Shown here piece after piece: positions 1-9,729 of a DNA stretch of 64,000 bases. How positions within the stretch are numbered: position 1 is the first letter of the stretch; every line of letters starts with the position of its first letter. The stretch spans positions 4,160,001 through 4,224,000 of the forward strand of contig OY759353.1 of the NCBI GenBank assembly GCA_963662315.1, read 5' to 3'. A program made the position numbers and the translations under genes. The notes below the pieces were generated by a model. That model did not search any database. It was not told where the DNA came from and saw nothing but the letters and a program-made list of their open reading frames with translations. Origin of the DNA: Geopsychrobacteraceae bacterium (GTDB taxonomy: Bacteria > Desulfobacterota > Desulfuromonadia > Desulfuromonadales > Geopsychrobacteraceae).

Positions 1-217
1 AAAGGTCCTTTTTTATTGGTGTCTCTGGCAACAAGATAACACAACCTTTTTGGTACAATAATATCTGGGTTCATGATAGCTTGAGTGAATATTAGTTTAT
101 GTTAACTGGTGCTTCTGGAAGTCCCGCTTTATCTTCCCGATAAGGAAGTGGACCTGGGGCTGATGCCCGCCCGGATTAAGGATGCTAAGACTATGATCAT
201 TGCTGCGGGGAACCGTT

Positions 218-2899
218 GTGAATAAAAATATTGCTCTTGCTGCTCGCCTGAAGCGGCTCTCAATCCTGTTGGCGATGTCTTTTATCGTGATCGTGGTTGT
301 CCTGTTTTACTCTCTGAACGGGGTACGTGGCAATCTGGACGGCATTGTGGCTCAGCGTTTTAAGGAAGTCGTGGATAATTCCCGTAACAGCCGTGATTTT
401 GGGCTGTTGTATACTCGGTTAAGAGTGTTCGGAAAAAGCTTTTATAGTGATGAAGCTTTTTTAAAAACCGAAAGTAAGCAACTTGTTACGGAATTGGAAA
501 ACCTGGCGTTCCGTATCGATAATCCGGAAATTACTGCTCAGTTGAGTGATCTAAGGGATGAGTTTCTGCGTTTCGTCAAACGTTGCCAATGGATCAATGT
601 GCTGCTCGCCTGGCGTTCCGGGCAGGATGAGGATATTAACGAGCAGTTGGTCCTGGTGCAGGAGATCGTTGCGCAACAGATCATTCAGGTTGCGCAGCGA
701 CAGGGTGATATCGCTTCTTTCGAGCATCTGGTTCTACTGCTTTCCGAGTACCGTGAATGTCTGCTGGCGATAGCTGGCGCCAATGGGCGGGAGAATAAGG
801 AACAATTACTTAACGGTCATGCTTCTGCTCCTCCGCCGCTACAGGAGCGACTGAACCAACTGGTACTGCGTATGGACGTGCTGATTGCCTCGCCGCCACC
901 GATCAATAAATTTGGTCGGCACCTGGTCAGTGCCCTCAAATATTATCAATACCTGATGCGCCTTTATCAGCTGGAAATGATCTTGTTGGGAGAGCAGGGT
1001 CGGGCTCTTGAACAAAAGACGACCCAAGTCTTGCTGGCCATGGAAATCTCGGACCAGTTGGCGGCTTCTTCTGTTGAAGAAACCAGGCAGGTGATTGATC
1101 ACAGCATCGTAACGACCCTGATTCTGGTTCTGTGCCTGCTGTCATTGCTGGCGGCCATGGCCTGGTTTTTCCTGCACAATTTTTTCACCCATCATATATA
1201 TTCGCCCATGGCGCAGGTCCTTAACCGCATTGAAGGGTTTCAGAAGGGCGATCTGGAAACACCAATGGTTCTGAAACGCCAGGATGAATGGAATGAATTT
1301 GAGCAAGGTTTTAACCAGATGCTTGGTTACATCCAGGAGAATGTCTCTGCACTGGTCGATTCTGAGATTCGTTACCGGGAAATCTTCACCAATGCGACCG
1401 AGGGAATTTTCCGGACCTCTATGACCGGTCAAATTCTCGAGATTAACCCGGCGGCCATCAGAATGCTTGGTTACGAGTCCCGCAAACAGGCGTTGTCAAA
1501 CAATTTTGATTTTGGCAGTGTTCACTATGCGGATCCAAAGATGCGCAAAAATATACTCAGCCGTCTTTATCGCACCAACCAGATCCAGCAGTTCGAATGT
1601 CTGCTGATTCGTCGGAATGGGGAAAAATTCTGGGCCTCACTGAATAATCGACTGGTTCGTAATGGCGCCGGTGAAATTCTGTATATCGAAGGAACCCTGC
1701 AGGATATTTCCATGCGCAAGGCGGCCCAGGAATCGTTGCTGAAATTGCAGATCTACCTGCAGAATATCATCGATTCCATGCCTTCGGTTCTGATCGGCAT
1801 TGATCCGGACCAAAAAATTTCACTTTGGAATCAACGGGCCGAATTGGAAGAGGGGTTGCCCGCAAGTCGGGTCATCGGGACCCCGATTCAGGAATCCTTT
1901 CATCTTGTTGATCCCGGACTCTACCTGGGCGCATTGCAGACGACGCTGCAAACTCTGCAACCGACCCGCCTAAGCAAACTGAAGGGGGCTGCAGATCAAG
2001 ACGATGAAACGGAACGTTATTTTGATATGTTGATTTACCCGGTGTCGGTGGAAAAGAACCGGGGCGCCGTTATCCATATTGATGATATCAGCGAACGGGT
2101 ACAGCTTGAAGAAATGATGGTCCGCTCCGAAAAAATGCAATCGGTCGGCAGTCTTGCATCGGGGCTGGCCCATGAAATCAATAACCCCCTGGCCGCCGTA
2201 TTGCAAAATGTTCAGGTGCTGAATCACCGTCTTTCCCCGGCCCTGGAAAAAAATCGCCGTGTTGCCGAAGAACTGGGAACGACCATTGAGGTTATAGCGG
2301 CCTATTGTGAACAACGCGGCTGCCTGAAAATGCTTAATTCCATCGCCAGCGCCGGTCAGCGGGCGGCAAAAATCGTTGAAAATATCCAGTCCTTCAGTCG
2401 TCGCGGAGATAGTGCTTTTGCCCTCAGCTCCTTGCCGGATTTACTGGAGCGAACTCTTGATCTGGCCGCGAGTGATTATGATATGCGCCATGAATTTGAT
2501 TTTCACAAGATCCGCATTCAGCGCGATTTCAAACCGGTTGAAAAACTGCAGTGTGAGCCCAGTCAGATTCAGCAGGTCATTTTGAGCCTTTTGAAAAATG
2601 CCGCTCAGGCTCTTAAAGGGAATAATATCCAAGATCCCTGTATTTCGCTGCGAATTTATGCTCCCGATGCCGCACATATCTGCCTGGAGATCGAAGACAA
2701 TGGTCCGGGGATAGACGAAGAAACGGTGCGCTGTATTTTTGATCCTTTTTATTCAACTCGTGAAGTTGGCCGTGGTACCGGTTTGGGTTTGTCGATTGCC
2801 TATTTTATTGTCAGTCAGAATCATAGTGGATCGTTAAGCGTAAAAACCGAGATAGATAAAGGAACTTGTTTTGTATTGGTGCTGCCGTTGAAGCGTTGA
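218..2899 (+). CDS. Membrane sensor histidine kinase (HAMP, 2x PAS, HisKA, HATPase)
   Basis: Two TM segments, H-box LAHEINNPL, N-box LLKNAAQA, DNGPG, FDPFYST, GTGLGL. GTG start at 218 chosen; ORF track starts at 200. Confidence 0.9.
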   Translation: MNKNIALAARLKRLSILLAMSFIVIVVVLFYSLNGVRGNLDGIVAQRFKEVVDNSRNSRDFGLLYTRLRVFGKSFYSDEAFLKTESKQLVTELENLAFRIDNPEITAQLSDLRDEFLRFVKRCQWINVLLAWRSGQDEDINEQLVLVQEIVAQQIIQVAQRQGDIASFEHLVLLLSEYRECLLAIAGANGRENKEQLLNGHASAPPPLQERLNQLVLRMDVLIASPPPINKFGRHLVSALKYYQYLMRLYQLEMILLGEQGRALEQKTTQVLLAMEISDQLAASSVEETRQVIDHSIVTTLILVLCLLSLLAAMAWFFLHNFFTHHIYSPMAQVLNRIEGFQKGDLETPMVLKRQDEWNEFEQGFNQMLGYIQENVSALVDSEIRYREIFTNATEGIFRTSMTGQILEINPAAIRMLGYESRKQALSNNFDFGSVHYADPKMRKNILSRLYRTNQIQQFECLLIRRNGEKFWASLNNRLVRNGAGEILYIEGTLQDISMRKAAQESLLKLQIYLQNIIDSMPSVLIGIDPDQKISLWNQRAELEEGLPASRVIGTPIQESFHLVDPGLYLGALQTTLQTLQPTRLSKLKGAADQDDETERYFDMLIYPVSVEKNRGAVIHIDDISERVQLEEMMVRSEKMQSVGSLASGLAHEINNPLAAVLQNVQVLNHRLSPALEKNRRVAEELGTTIEVIAAYCEQRGCLKMLNSIASAGQRAAKIVENIQSFSRRGDSAFALSSLPDLLERTLDLAASDYDMRHEFDFHKIRIQRDFKPVEKLQCEPSQIQQVILSLLKNAAQALKGNNIQDPCISLRIYAPDAAHICLEIEDNGPGIDEETVRCIFDPFYSTREVGRGTGLGLSIAYFIVSQNHSGSLSVKTEIDKGTCFVLVLPLKR

Positions 2900-2971
2900 T
2901 AAAATATCCGGCTATTCCGAACGAATAGGCTGTTTTAACCGCGTTGAACTGCATGAACGGGGAGATCATTG

Positions 2972-3388
2972 ATGAGCGTGATTATCTGGAGAAAACACTA
3001 CGAAACCGGTATTAATATCCTGGATGAGGAGCATAAACAACTGCTGAATCTGATTAATCTTGTCTACAGCGCCATTCGTGACAAGAAAGGCCCCTCGGTT
3101 ATCGCAGCGGTATTAACCGATCTGGAACGGTACACCGTTGACCATTTTCAACATGAAGAAAAATTGCTGGAGAAATATGGTTATCCCGACTTTCAGGCTC
3201 ATTTACAAAAGCATAAGGCGTTTATCAATGAGCTAAAGGACAAAAAGGCCAAGATGGACAGCGATCAGGATGAACTGGCAAAAGAGCTGCTCCGTTTTAT
3301 GCGTGAGTGGCTGGTGAACCATATTATGGTGATGGACAAGAATTACGGTCCCTTTCTTGAAGCCAGAGTCGGGCGCTTTGTCGATTAA
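2972..3388 (+). CDS. Bacteriohemerythrin
   Basis: W-x4-ETG...LDEEHKQL, HFQHEE, HLQKH, WLVNHIMVMD hemerythrin motifs. Confidence 0.92.
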   Translation: MSVIIWRKHYETGINILDEEHKQLLNLINLVYSAIRDKKGPSVIAAVLTDLERYTVDHFQHEEKLLEKYGYPDFQAHLQKHKAFINELKDKKAKMDSDQDELAKELLRFMREWLVNHIMVMDKNYGPFLEARVGRFVD

Positions 3389-3557
3389 CAGTGCAGTCTT
3401 AATCCGGTATTTTGTCCCATGCGGCGTTTCTGTTCAGAAGCAGCCGCTTTTTTGTTATATAGTAGCAGCGAGTGATTGCAGCAGTCTGTAGCATGTGGTG
3501 CCGGCGACCCTTTCCCCGGCACTGCAATGTCTCACGTTATATGACATGAGGTTAACC

Positions 3558-4949
3558 ATGCAAAGAGCCGACAGAATTTCAATTAAAAAACTGCTGACAG
3601 TGCAGGAGCCCTGTGCTGATGTGACTGTCAACGGATGGGTCCGTTCTTCCCGGCGGGGCAAGGATGTCTCTTTTATCGCTTTAAACGATGGCAGCTGTTT
3701 TGCCACGTTGCAGATCGTTCTGACGCCTGGTGTGCCGGGCTATGATGCGGTTGCCAAGGTGGGGACCGGCGCCTGCCTGGCCGTGCGTGGATCCCTGGTT
3801 GCGTCGCCGGCGGCTGGCCAGCAATGGGAACTGCATGCTCAACAGGTCGAAATTGTCGGCGAGGCCGATGACAGCTACCCGTTGCAGAAAAAACGCCACA
3901 CCTTTGAGTATCTACGTTCCATCGCTCACCTGCGGCCACGCTCCAATACCTTTGGAGCTGTATTCCGAATGCGCAGCCAGCTGGCTTTTGCCGTGCATAA
4001 ATTTTTCCAGGAACAGGGCTTTGTTTACGTACAGACACCGATTATCACGGCCAATGACTGTGAAGGGGCCGGGGAGATGTTCCGTGTTTCAACCCTCGAT
4101 CCGCTTCAACCGCCGTTGGTAAACGGTCAGGTCGACTGGAAGGAGGATTTTTTTGGCGAGCGAACCGGCCTGACGGTCAGTGGTCAGTTACAGGGGGAGT
4201 TGTTTGCCACCGCTTTTTCAGATATCTACACCTTCGGGCCGACTTTTCGTGCGGAAAACTCCAATACCAGCCGTCATGCGGCTGAGTTCTGGATGATTGA
4301 GCCGGAGATAGCTTTCGCCGATCTGGCTGCGGATTGCCAGCTTGGGGAAGATTTCTTGCGCTACCTGGTGATCTATGCCCTTGAACATTGTCAGGAAGAC
4401 CTGGCCTTTTTCAATGACCGGATCGAAACGGGGCTGATTGCCAAACTGGAAGCCCTGGCCAAGGCAGATTTTCGCACCGTAACCTACACCGAAGCGATTG
4501 CCCTGCTGGAAAAATCGACCCAGAAATTCGAGTTCCCGGTGGCCTGGGGAAATGATCTGCAGTCTGAACATGAGCGCTATCTGACCGAAAAAGTCTTTGA
4601 CGGTCCTGTTTTTGTGACCGACTATCCCAAGGATATCAAGGCCTTTTACATGCGTCTCAATGACGATGGAAAAACCGTCGCTGCCATGGATCTGCTCGTA
4701 CCACGGGTCGGGGAAATCATTGGCGGCAGTCAGCGCGAGGAACGTTATGATCTGCTGAAAGAACGTATGATTCAGACCGGTATTGAACCTGATGACTTGT
4801 CCTGGTATCTCGATATCAGGCGCTGGGGGAGTTGCCCTCACGCCGGTTTCGGCCTGGGGTTTGAACGCTTGCTGATGTATGTCACCGGAATGGAAAATAT
4901 CCGTGACGTGATCCCCTTCCCTCGGACTCCGGGACATGCACATTTCTAA
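3558..4949 (+). CDS. asnS: Asparagine--tRNA ligase
   Basis: GWVRSSR OB-fold start, LTVSGQL, FGPTFRAENSNTSRH, GGSQREER, PHAGFGLGFER, IRDVIPFPR; GAGG RBS before ATG 3558. Confidence 0.97.
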   Translation: MQRADRISIKKLLTVQEPCADVTVNGWVRSSRRGKDVSFIALNDGSCFATLQIVLTPGVPGYDAVAKVGTGACLAVRGSLVASPAAGQQWELHAQQVEIVGEADDSYPLQKKRHTFEYLRSIAHLRPRSNTFGAVFRMRSQLAFAVHKFFQEQGFVYVQTPIITANDCEGAGEMFRVSTLDPLQPPLVNGQVDWKEDFFGERTGLTVSGQLQGELFATAFSDIYTFGPTFRAENSNTSRHAAEFWMIEPEIAFADLAADCQLGEDFLRYLVIYALEHCQEDLAFFNDRIETGLIAKLEALAKADFRTVTYTEAIALLEKSTQKFEFPVAWGNDLQSEHERYLTEKVFDGPVFVTDYPKDIKAFYMRLNDDGKTVAAMDLLVPRVGEIIGGSQREERYDLLKERMIQTGIEPDDLSWYLDIRRWGSCPHAGFGLGFERLLMYVTGMENIRDVIPFPRTPGHAHF

Positions 4950-6705
4950 ATATTTTTTCCGCAACCTGTCACTCCTCGTTCTGCTGTTCTTCCTGATCGG
5001 CAGCAGCGTCATCGCCCGAGCGGAAGATGACAATGCGTTGCTTGAGCGGCCGGTCCGCATTGGCGGGGATTATAATTATCCTCCCTATGAGTACCTCGAT
5101 GAGGCCGGCCTGCCGACCGGATACAATGTTGAGTTGACCCAGGCGATAGCCCGGGTGATGGGGATGGAGGTCAATATTCAACTGGGGTCGTGGGCGCAGA
5201 TGCGCCAGGCACTGGAAAGTGGCGATATTGATATCCTTATGGGGATGGCTCACACCAGTGAGCGTCTCGACGAGGTCGACTTTTCCATCCCTCATGCCAA
5301 AGTGCATCAGTCGATCTGGGTGCGTAAAGGGAACGTCACCATTAAAGACGTCAAAGACCTGGCCGGAAAAGAGGTTATTGTCATGAAGGGGAGCGTCATG
5401 CATGACTTCATGATCAATAACGGGATTCCGGCGAACCTGTTTATGGTGGAAACCCTGGCGGATGCCCTGCGCTTACTGGCGCGTGGGCAGCACGATTGCG
5501 CTCTGGTCGCAAAACTGCCAGGTGAATACCTGATCAGCGAATTACATTATGATAATATTCACCCCATCGCCCGTCCTGTTGTCGCCCAGGATTACGGTTT
5601 TGCCGCCAAAAAGGGGAATCCGGAAAAACTGGCGCGTTTTAACGAAGGGCTTGCCCTGCTGAAAAAATCGGGGGAATACCGCAAAATCAGGGAAAAATGG
5701 CTGGGGGTGCTGCAGCCCGAGCCGATCCCGTGGATTCGTATTATCCGTTACAGTGGGGTTATTCTTGGTCCGCTGCTGCTGGCATTGATTGTTTCGGTGT
5801 TATGGTCACGGACCCTGAAGAAACAGGTGGCTCTGCGAACCGAAGAGTTGGAACGGGAGATTGTCGAACGGAAGCGGGCCGCCGAAGAATTGCAGGTCCG
5901 GCAGAAGCAGCTGCTGCACGCCGATAAAATGACGTCGCTGGGGATTCTGGTGGCCGGAGTTGCGCATGAAATCAACAACCCCAATGGCCTGATTCAATTG
6001 AGTCTGCCGCAGCTGGAAAAAGCCTATCAGGATATGAAACCGATTCTTGATAATTATCAGACTGCGCACGGAGATTTTAAACTGGGCTGGTTCCCCTATT
6101 CGCGCATGAAGGAAGAAATTCCCGTCATGTTGCATGAAATGCTGGAAAGCTCGAATCGCATCCGGCGTATTGTTGAAGATCTGAAGGAGTTTTCACGCCG
6201 CAACGATTCGGGGCTTGACGATAAGGTTGATTTGAACGGTGTTGTCAGGGCGGCGTTGCGGCTGATGGATAATGCGCTGCGCAAGGCAACCAACCATTTC
6301 AAGGTGGATTACGCCGTCGGCTTACCTCCGTTCCGGGGGAACGGGCACCGGATTGAGCAGGTTATTGTCAACCTGGTGCTCAACGCCTGTCAGGCGCTTA
6401 CCAGTAAAGAACAGGGGATCCACCTGCGGACCTATGTTCTGCCCCATGCTGGTATGGTGGTGCTTGAAGTGCGAGATGAAGGGGCAGGGGCAGACAGCGA
6501 AACCTTGGAAAGGATGACCGATCCCTTCTTTACGACCAAGCGCGAGAGCGGTGGGACCGGGCTCGGGCTATCGGTTTCCGACGGCATTATTAAAGCGCAC
6601 CAGGGGCGGATGGAGTTTTCTTCGCCGCCAGGCGAAGGGCTGCGCGTACGGATTCTACTACCGATTTATCAGGATCAGGAACAAGAACAGGAAGAACATG
6701 GATAA
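4936..6705 (+). CDS. Sensor histidine kinase with periplasmic substrate-binding (PBPb) domain
   Basis: DYNYPPYEY...GYNVEL PBP motif, TM helix, VAHEINNP, NLVLNA, DPFFTTK, GTGLGL; overlaps the asnS stop. Confidence 0.9.
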   Translation: MHISKYFFRNLSLLVLLFFLIGSSVIARAEDDNALLERPVRIGGDYNYPPYEYLDEAGLPTGYNVELTQAIARVMGMEVNIQLGSWAQMRQALESGDIDILMGMAHTSERLDEVDFSIPHAKVHQSIWVRKGNVTIKDVKDLAGKEVIVMKGSVMHDFMINNGIPANLFMVETLADALRLLARGQHDCALVAKLPGEYLISELHYDNIHPIARPVVAQDYGFAAKKGNPEKLARFNEGLALLKKSGEYRKIREKWLGVLQPEPIPWIRIIRYSGVILGPLLLALIVSVLWSRTLKKQVALRTEELEREIVERKRAAEELQVRQKQLLHADKMTSLGILVAGVAHEINNPNGLIQLSLPQLEKAYQDMKPILDNYQTAHGDFKLGWFPYSRMKEEIPVMLHEMLESSNRIRRIVEDLKEFSRRNDSGLDDKVDLNGVVRAALRLMDNALRKATNHFKVDYAVGLPPFRGNGHRIEQVIVNLVLNACQALTSKEQGIHLRTYVLPHAGMVVLEVRDEGAGADSETLERMTDPFFTTKRESGGTGLGLSVSDGIIKAHQGRMEFSSPPGEGLRVRILLPIYQDQEQEQEEHG

Positions 6706-8110
6706 AAAACTCTACCCGGCCTTCAGTGTATTGCTGGTCGATGATGAACTCCCCTGGTTGCGCAGCCTCAGCATGACGCTGGAAGGTCCTGGCGGGATAA
6801 CCAATCTGCTTCAATGCCATGACAGCCGCGAGGTTATGGAGCTGCTGGCACAGCATCAGATCGGCCTGGTCCTGCTTGATCTGACCATGCCTTATATTTC
6901 CGGTGAAGAGCTGCTGGCTCGCATTGTGACCGATTATCCCCAGGTGCGGGTCATTATTCTCAGTGGCCTGAATCAGCTTGAAACTGCTGTCAATTGCATG
7001 CGACTCGGGGCCTTTGACTACTTCGTTAAAACTGTTGATGAAGAACGGCTGGTTGAAGGGGTGCGCCGGGCGATTCGCATGATCGAGCTGGAGCATGAAA
7101 ACCTCGATATCCGTCGGCGTTTGTTGGGTGGCCAACTGGATTCTCCTGAGGCCTTTTCTTCTATTGTGACCAATAACGCGGCAATGCGGGCCCGTTTTCA
7201 ATACCTAGAGGCCGTTGCGCCCAGTTCCCAGCCGATTCTTATCACCGGAGAGAGTGGGGTCGGCAAAGAACTGGTTGCCAGAGCGATTCATGAACTGAGT
7301 GGCAACAGTGGTGAGCTGGTCTCGGTCAATGTCGCCGGAGTCGATGACAGTGTTTTTGCCGATACCCTGTTTGGTCATGTGCGCGGTGCGTTTACCGGGG
7401 CGGACAGTGTGCGGCGCGGCATGATTGAAACCGCGGCAGGGGGCACCCTGTTTCTCGACGAAATAGGAGACTTAAGTCCCGCATCCCAGGTTAAACTGTT
7501 ACGGTTGTTGCAGGATGGCGAATACTACCCCCTTGGCAGTGACAAGGTGAAACAGATGAATGCCCGGGTGGTAGTCGCAACCCATGCCGATCTTGACGCC
7601 AGAATGGCCAAAGGTGAATTTCGGCGCGATCTTTATTACCGGTTACTGGCCCATCACGTCCACCTGCCGCCTCTGCGCGAGCGTAAAGATGACCTGCCGC
7701 TCCTGCTTGACTATTTTCTGAAAGTTGCCGCTGAAAAACTGGGTAAAAAGAAACCGACCGCACCACGGGAGCTTGTTGTGCTGTTGTCGACCTATCATTT
7801 CCCGGGGAATATTCGCGAGCTCGAATCGATGATATACGATGCGGTCAGTTTGCATCAGGGGAAAACCCTGTCGATGAAAAGTTTTCTTGAACGCATTGAA
7901 GGAGCGCAGGTTCCTGAACCTGAGCATGATCTGGTTTCCGGCAGCAGTCCTTTTGCCGGGCTTGAAGAGTTGCCGACCCTGCAACAGTCTGCTGCATTGC
8001 TGATTGAAGAGGCGCTGCAACGTTCAGGTGGCAACCAGTCGGTGGCTGCCCGGTTGCTGGGGATTTCGCAACCGGCGCTCAGTAAGCGCTTACGTCAGGA
8101 ACGTTCCTGA
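6698..8110 (+). CDS. Sigma54-dependent response regulator (REC-AAA+-Fis HTH)
   Basis: [42 protein letters not shown]-terminal HTH. Confidence 0.95.
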   Translation: MDKKLYPAFSVLLVDDELPWLRSLSMTLEGPGGITNLLQCHDSREVMELLAQHQIGLVLLDLTMPYISGEELLARIVTDYPQVRVIILSGLNQLETAVNCMRLGAFDYFVKTVDEERLVEGVRRAIRMIELEHENLDIRRRLLGGQLDSPEAFSSIVTNNAAMRARFQYLEAVAPSSQPILITGESGVGKELVARAIHELSGNSGELVSVNVAGVDDSVFADTLFGHVRGAFTGADSVRRGMIETAAGGTLFLDEIGDLSPASQVKLLRLLQDGEYYPLGSDKVKQMNARVVVATHADLDARMAKGEFRRDLYYRLLAHHVHLPPLRERKDDLPLLLDYFLKVAAEKLGKKKPTAPRELVVLLSTYHFPGNIRELESMIYDAVSLHQGKTLSMKSFLERIEGAQVPEPEHDLVSGSSPFAGLEELPTLQQSAALLIEEALQRSGGNQSVAARLLGISQPALSKRLRQERS

Positions 8111-8305
8111 AGAGCCGTGAACCCCTATAATAAAAGTTATAATTATGACTTTGGTTATAGGGGTTGTAACCTTACGAAAATATTGAGGTATATCTGTTTT
8201 TTGAGAGATTCTAGTTGTTTGGTTATAAAAATCATTTTTCCTTCCTATTGTGGTCTGTTCCTTTAAACTACTGAACTTAAACAAGGTTTTCTGCTCAGCT
8301 GTTTC

Positions 8306-8321
8306 TGGTATCAAACTTGCT
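8306..8321 (+). promoter_or_regulatory. Sigma54 (-24/-12) promoter of the TAXI-TRAP operon
   Basis: TGGTAT-CAAAC-TTGCT, exact GG-N10-GC spacing, downstream of the adjacent enhancer-binding protein gene. Confidence 0.75.
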
Positions 8322-8469
8322 CATTAGAGAATTTACGCTAGACTTGTAGCGTTTGCTAAGATTCATCACCAAAGATCGAATACCAATCAGCGGATGTTGT
8401 GCGACATTCTAACCCTGTATCCTACAATCGCAGCAACATTCTACCCTATCATCGAAGAGGAGGAGTTTT

Positions 8470-9447
8470 ATGAAGAAGGTGTTCATGTACCTGTTGGCTT
8501 TTGCTGTTGCCGCAAGTTTTATTCCGGTCAGTATGGCTACTGCTGTTGAAAACCAGTTTGTTACCATCGGTACCGGTGGCGTGACCGGTGTTTATTATCC
8601 GACCGGCGGCGCTATCTGCCGACTGGTGAATAAAACCAGAAAAGAGCATGGCATCCGTTGTTCGGTTGAGAGTACCGGCGGCTCCGTTTACAACCTGAAC
8701 GCTATCGCCAATGGCGAACTTGATATGGGTGTTGCCCAGTCCGACTGGCAGTATCATGCTTATAACGGCACCAGCAAATTTCAAGAAGCTGGCGCAAACA
8801 AGGACCTGCGCGCCGTGTTCTCTGTTCACCCCGAACCGTTCACCGTTGTTGCCCGTGCTGATTCAGGTATCAAGAACTTTGCCGATCTCAAAGGCAAACG
8901 CGTTAACGTTGGCAACCCGGGTTCCGGTCAGCGTGGCACCATGGAAGTTGTCATGAACGCAATGGGCTGGACCATGGATGATTTCAAACTGGCTTCCGAG
9001 CTGAAGTCCGCTGAGCAGGCAGCTGCTCTGTGCGACAACAAAGTTGACGCCATGGTTTTCGTTGTTGGGCACCCCAGTGGTTCCATCAAGGAAGCGACCA
9101 CCTCTTGTGATTCAGTTCTGGTAAACGTTGCTGGTCCTGCTATTGACAAACTGGTCAAAGAGAACTCTTACTATCGCTATGCCACCATCCCTGGCGGTAT
9201 GTATCGCGGTACTGACGAAGACACCAAAACCTTCGGTGTTGGTGCGACTTTTGTTTCTTCAGCTAAAGTTCCTGAAGACGTGATTTACAATGTCGTAAAA
9301 GCTGTTTTTGAAAACTTTGACGATTTCAAAAAGCTCCACCCCGCTTTTGAAAACCTGAAAAAAGAAGAAATGATCAAAGACGGCCTGTCAGCTCCTCTGC
9401 ATGCCGGTGCTGCCAAGTACTACAAAGAAGCTGGCCTTTTGAAATAA
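8470..9447 (+). CDS. TAXI-family TRAP substrate-binding protein
   Basis: Signal peptide; [40 protein letters not shown]. Confidence 0.95.
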   Translation: MKKVFMYLLAFAVAASFIPVSMATAVENQFVTIGTGGVTGVYYPTGGAICRLVNKTRKEHGIRCSVESTGGSVYNLNAIANGELDMGVAQSDWQYHAYNGTSKFQEAGANKDLRAVFSVHPEPFTVVARADSGIKNFADLKGKRVNVGNPGSGQRGTMEVVMNAMGWTMDDFKLASELKSAEQAAALCDNKVDAMVFVVGHPSGSIKEATTSCDSVLVNVAGPAIDKLVKENSYYRYATIPGGMYRGTDEDTKTFGVGATFVSSAKVPEDVIYNVVKAVFENFDDFKKLHPAFENLKKEEMIKDGLSAPLHAGAAKYYKEAGLLK

Positions 9448-9468
9448 ACATGAGCGGCTTGCTCTAGC

Positions 9469-9509
9469 AAAATGGGAATGCACCGCGATTTGCGGGGCAT
9501 TCCCATTTT
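9469..9509 (+). terminator. Stem-loop after the TAXI gene (terminator or mRNA stabiliser)
   Basis: AAAATGGGAATGC...GCATTCCCATTTT inverted repeat. Confidence 0.7.
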
Positions 9510-9729
9510 CAAGTTGTTCCAACTCTCCAAAAGCTATCCTGTTAGGCAAGCTTCACCTTGTTTAGTTGGCAAAAACAAAATGTAAAGTTGCCTGTTTTTG
9601 TTCTACCCCACTGGGGTCCCTGTTTACCGTTTAGCAACAAACTAATGCGAAACTGAATGTCTGCTGGCAAAAGCAAACCTTCCTGGTTGACGTCAGCCTG
9701 AACATCTACCTTCGCGAGGATTTCATGTT

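Noticed and set aside
4218..5060. 280-aa minus-strand ORF and similar long antisense ORFs (26632, 32345, 16591)
   Set aside because: Overlap well-supported genes and show no recognisable motifs
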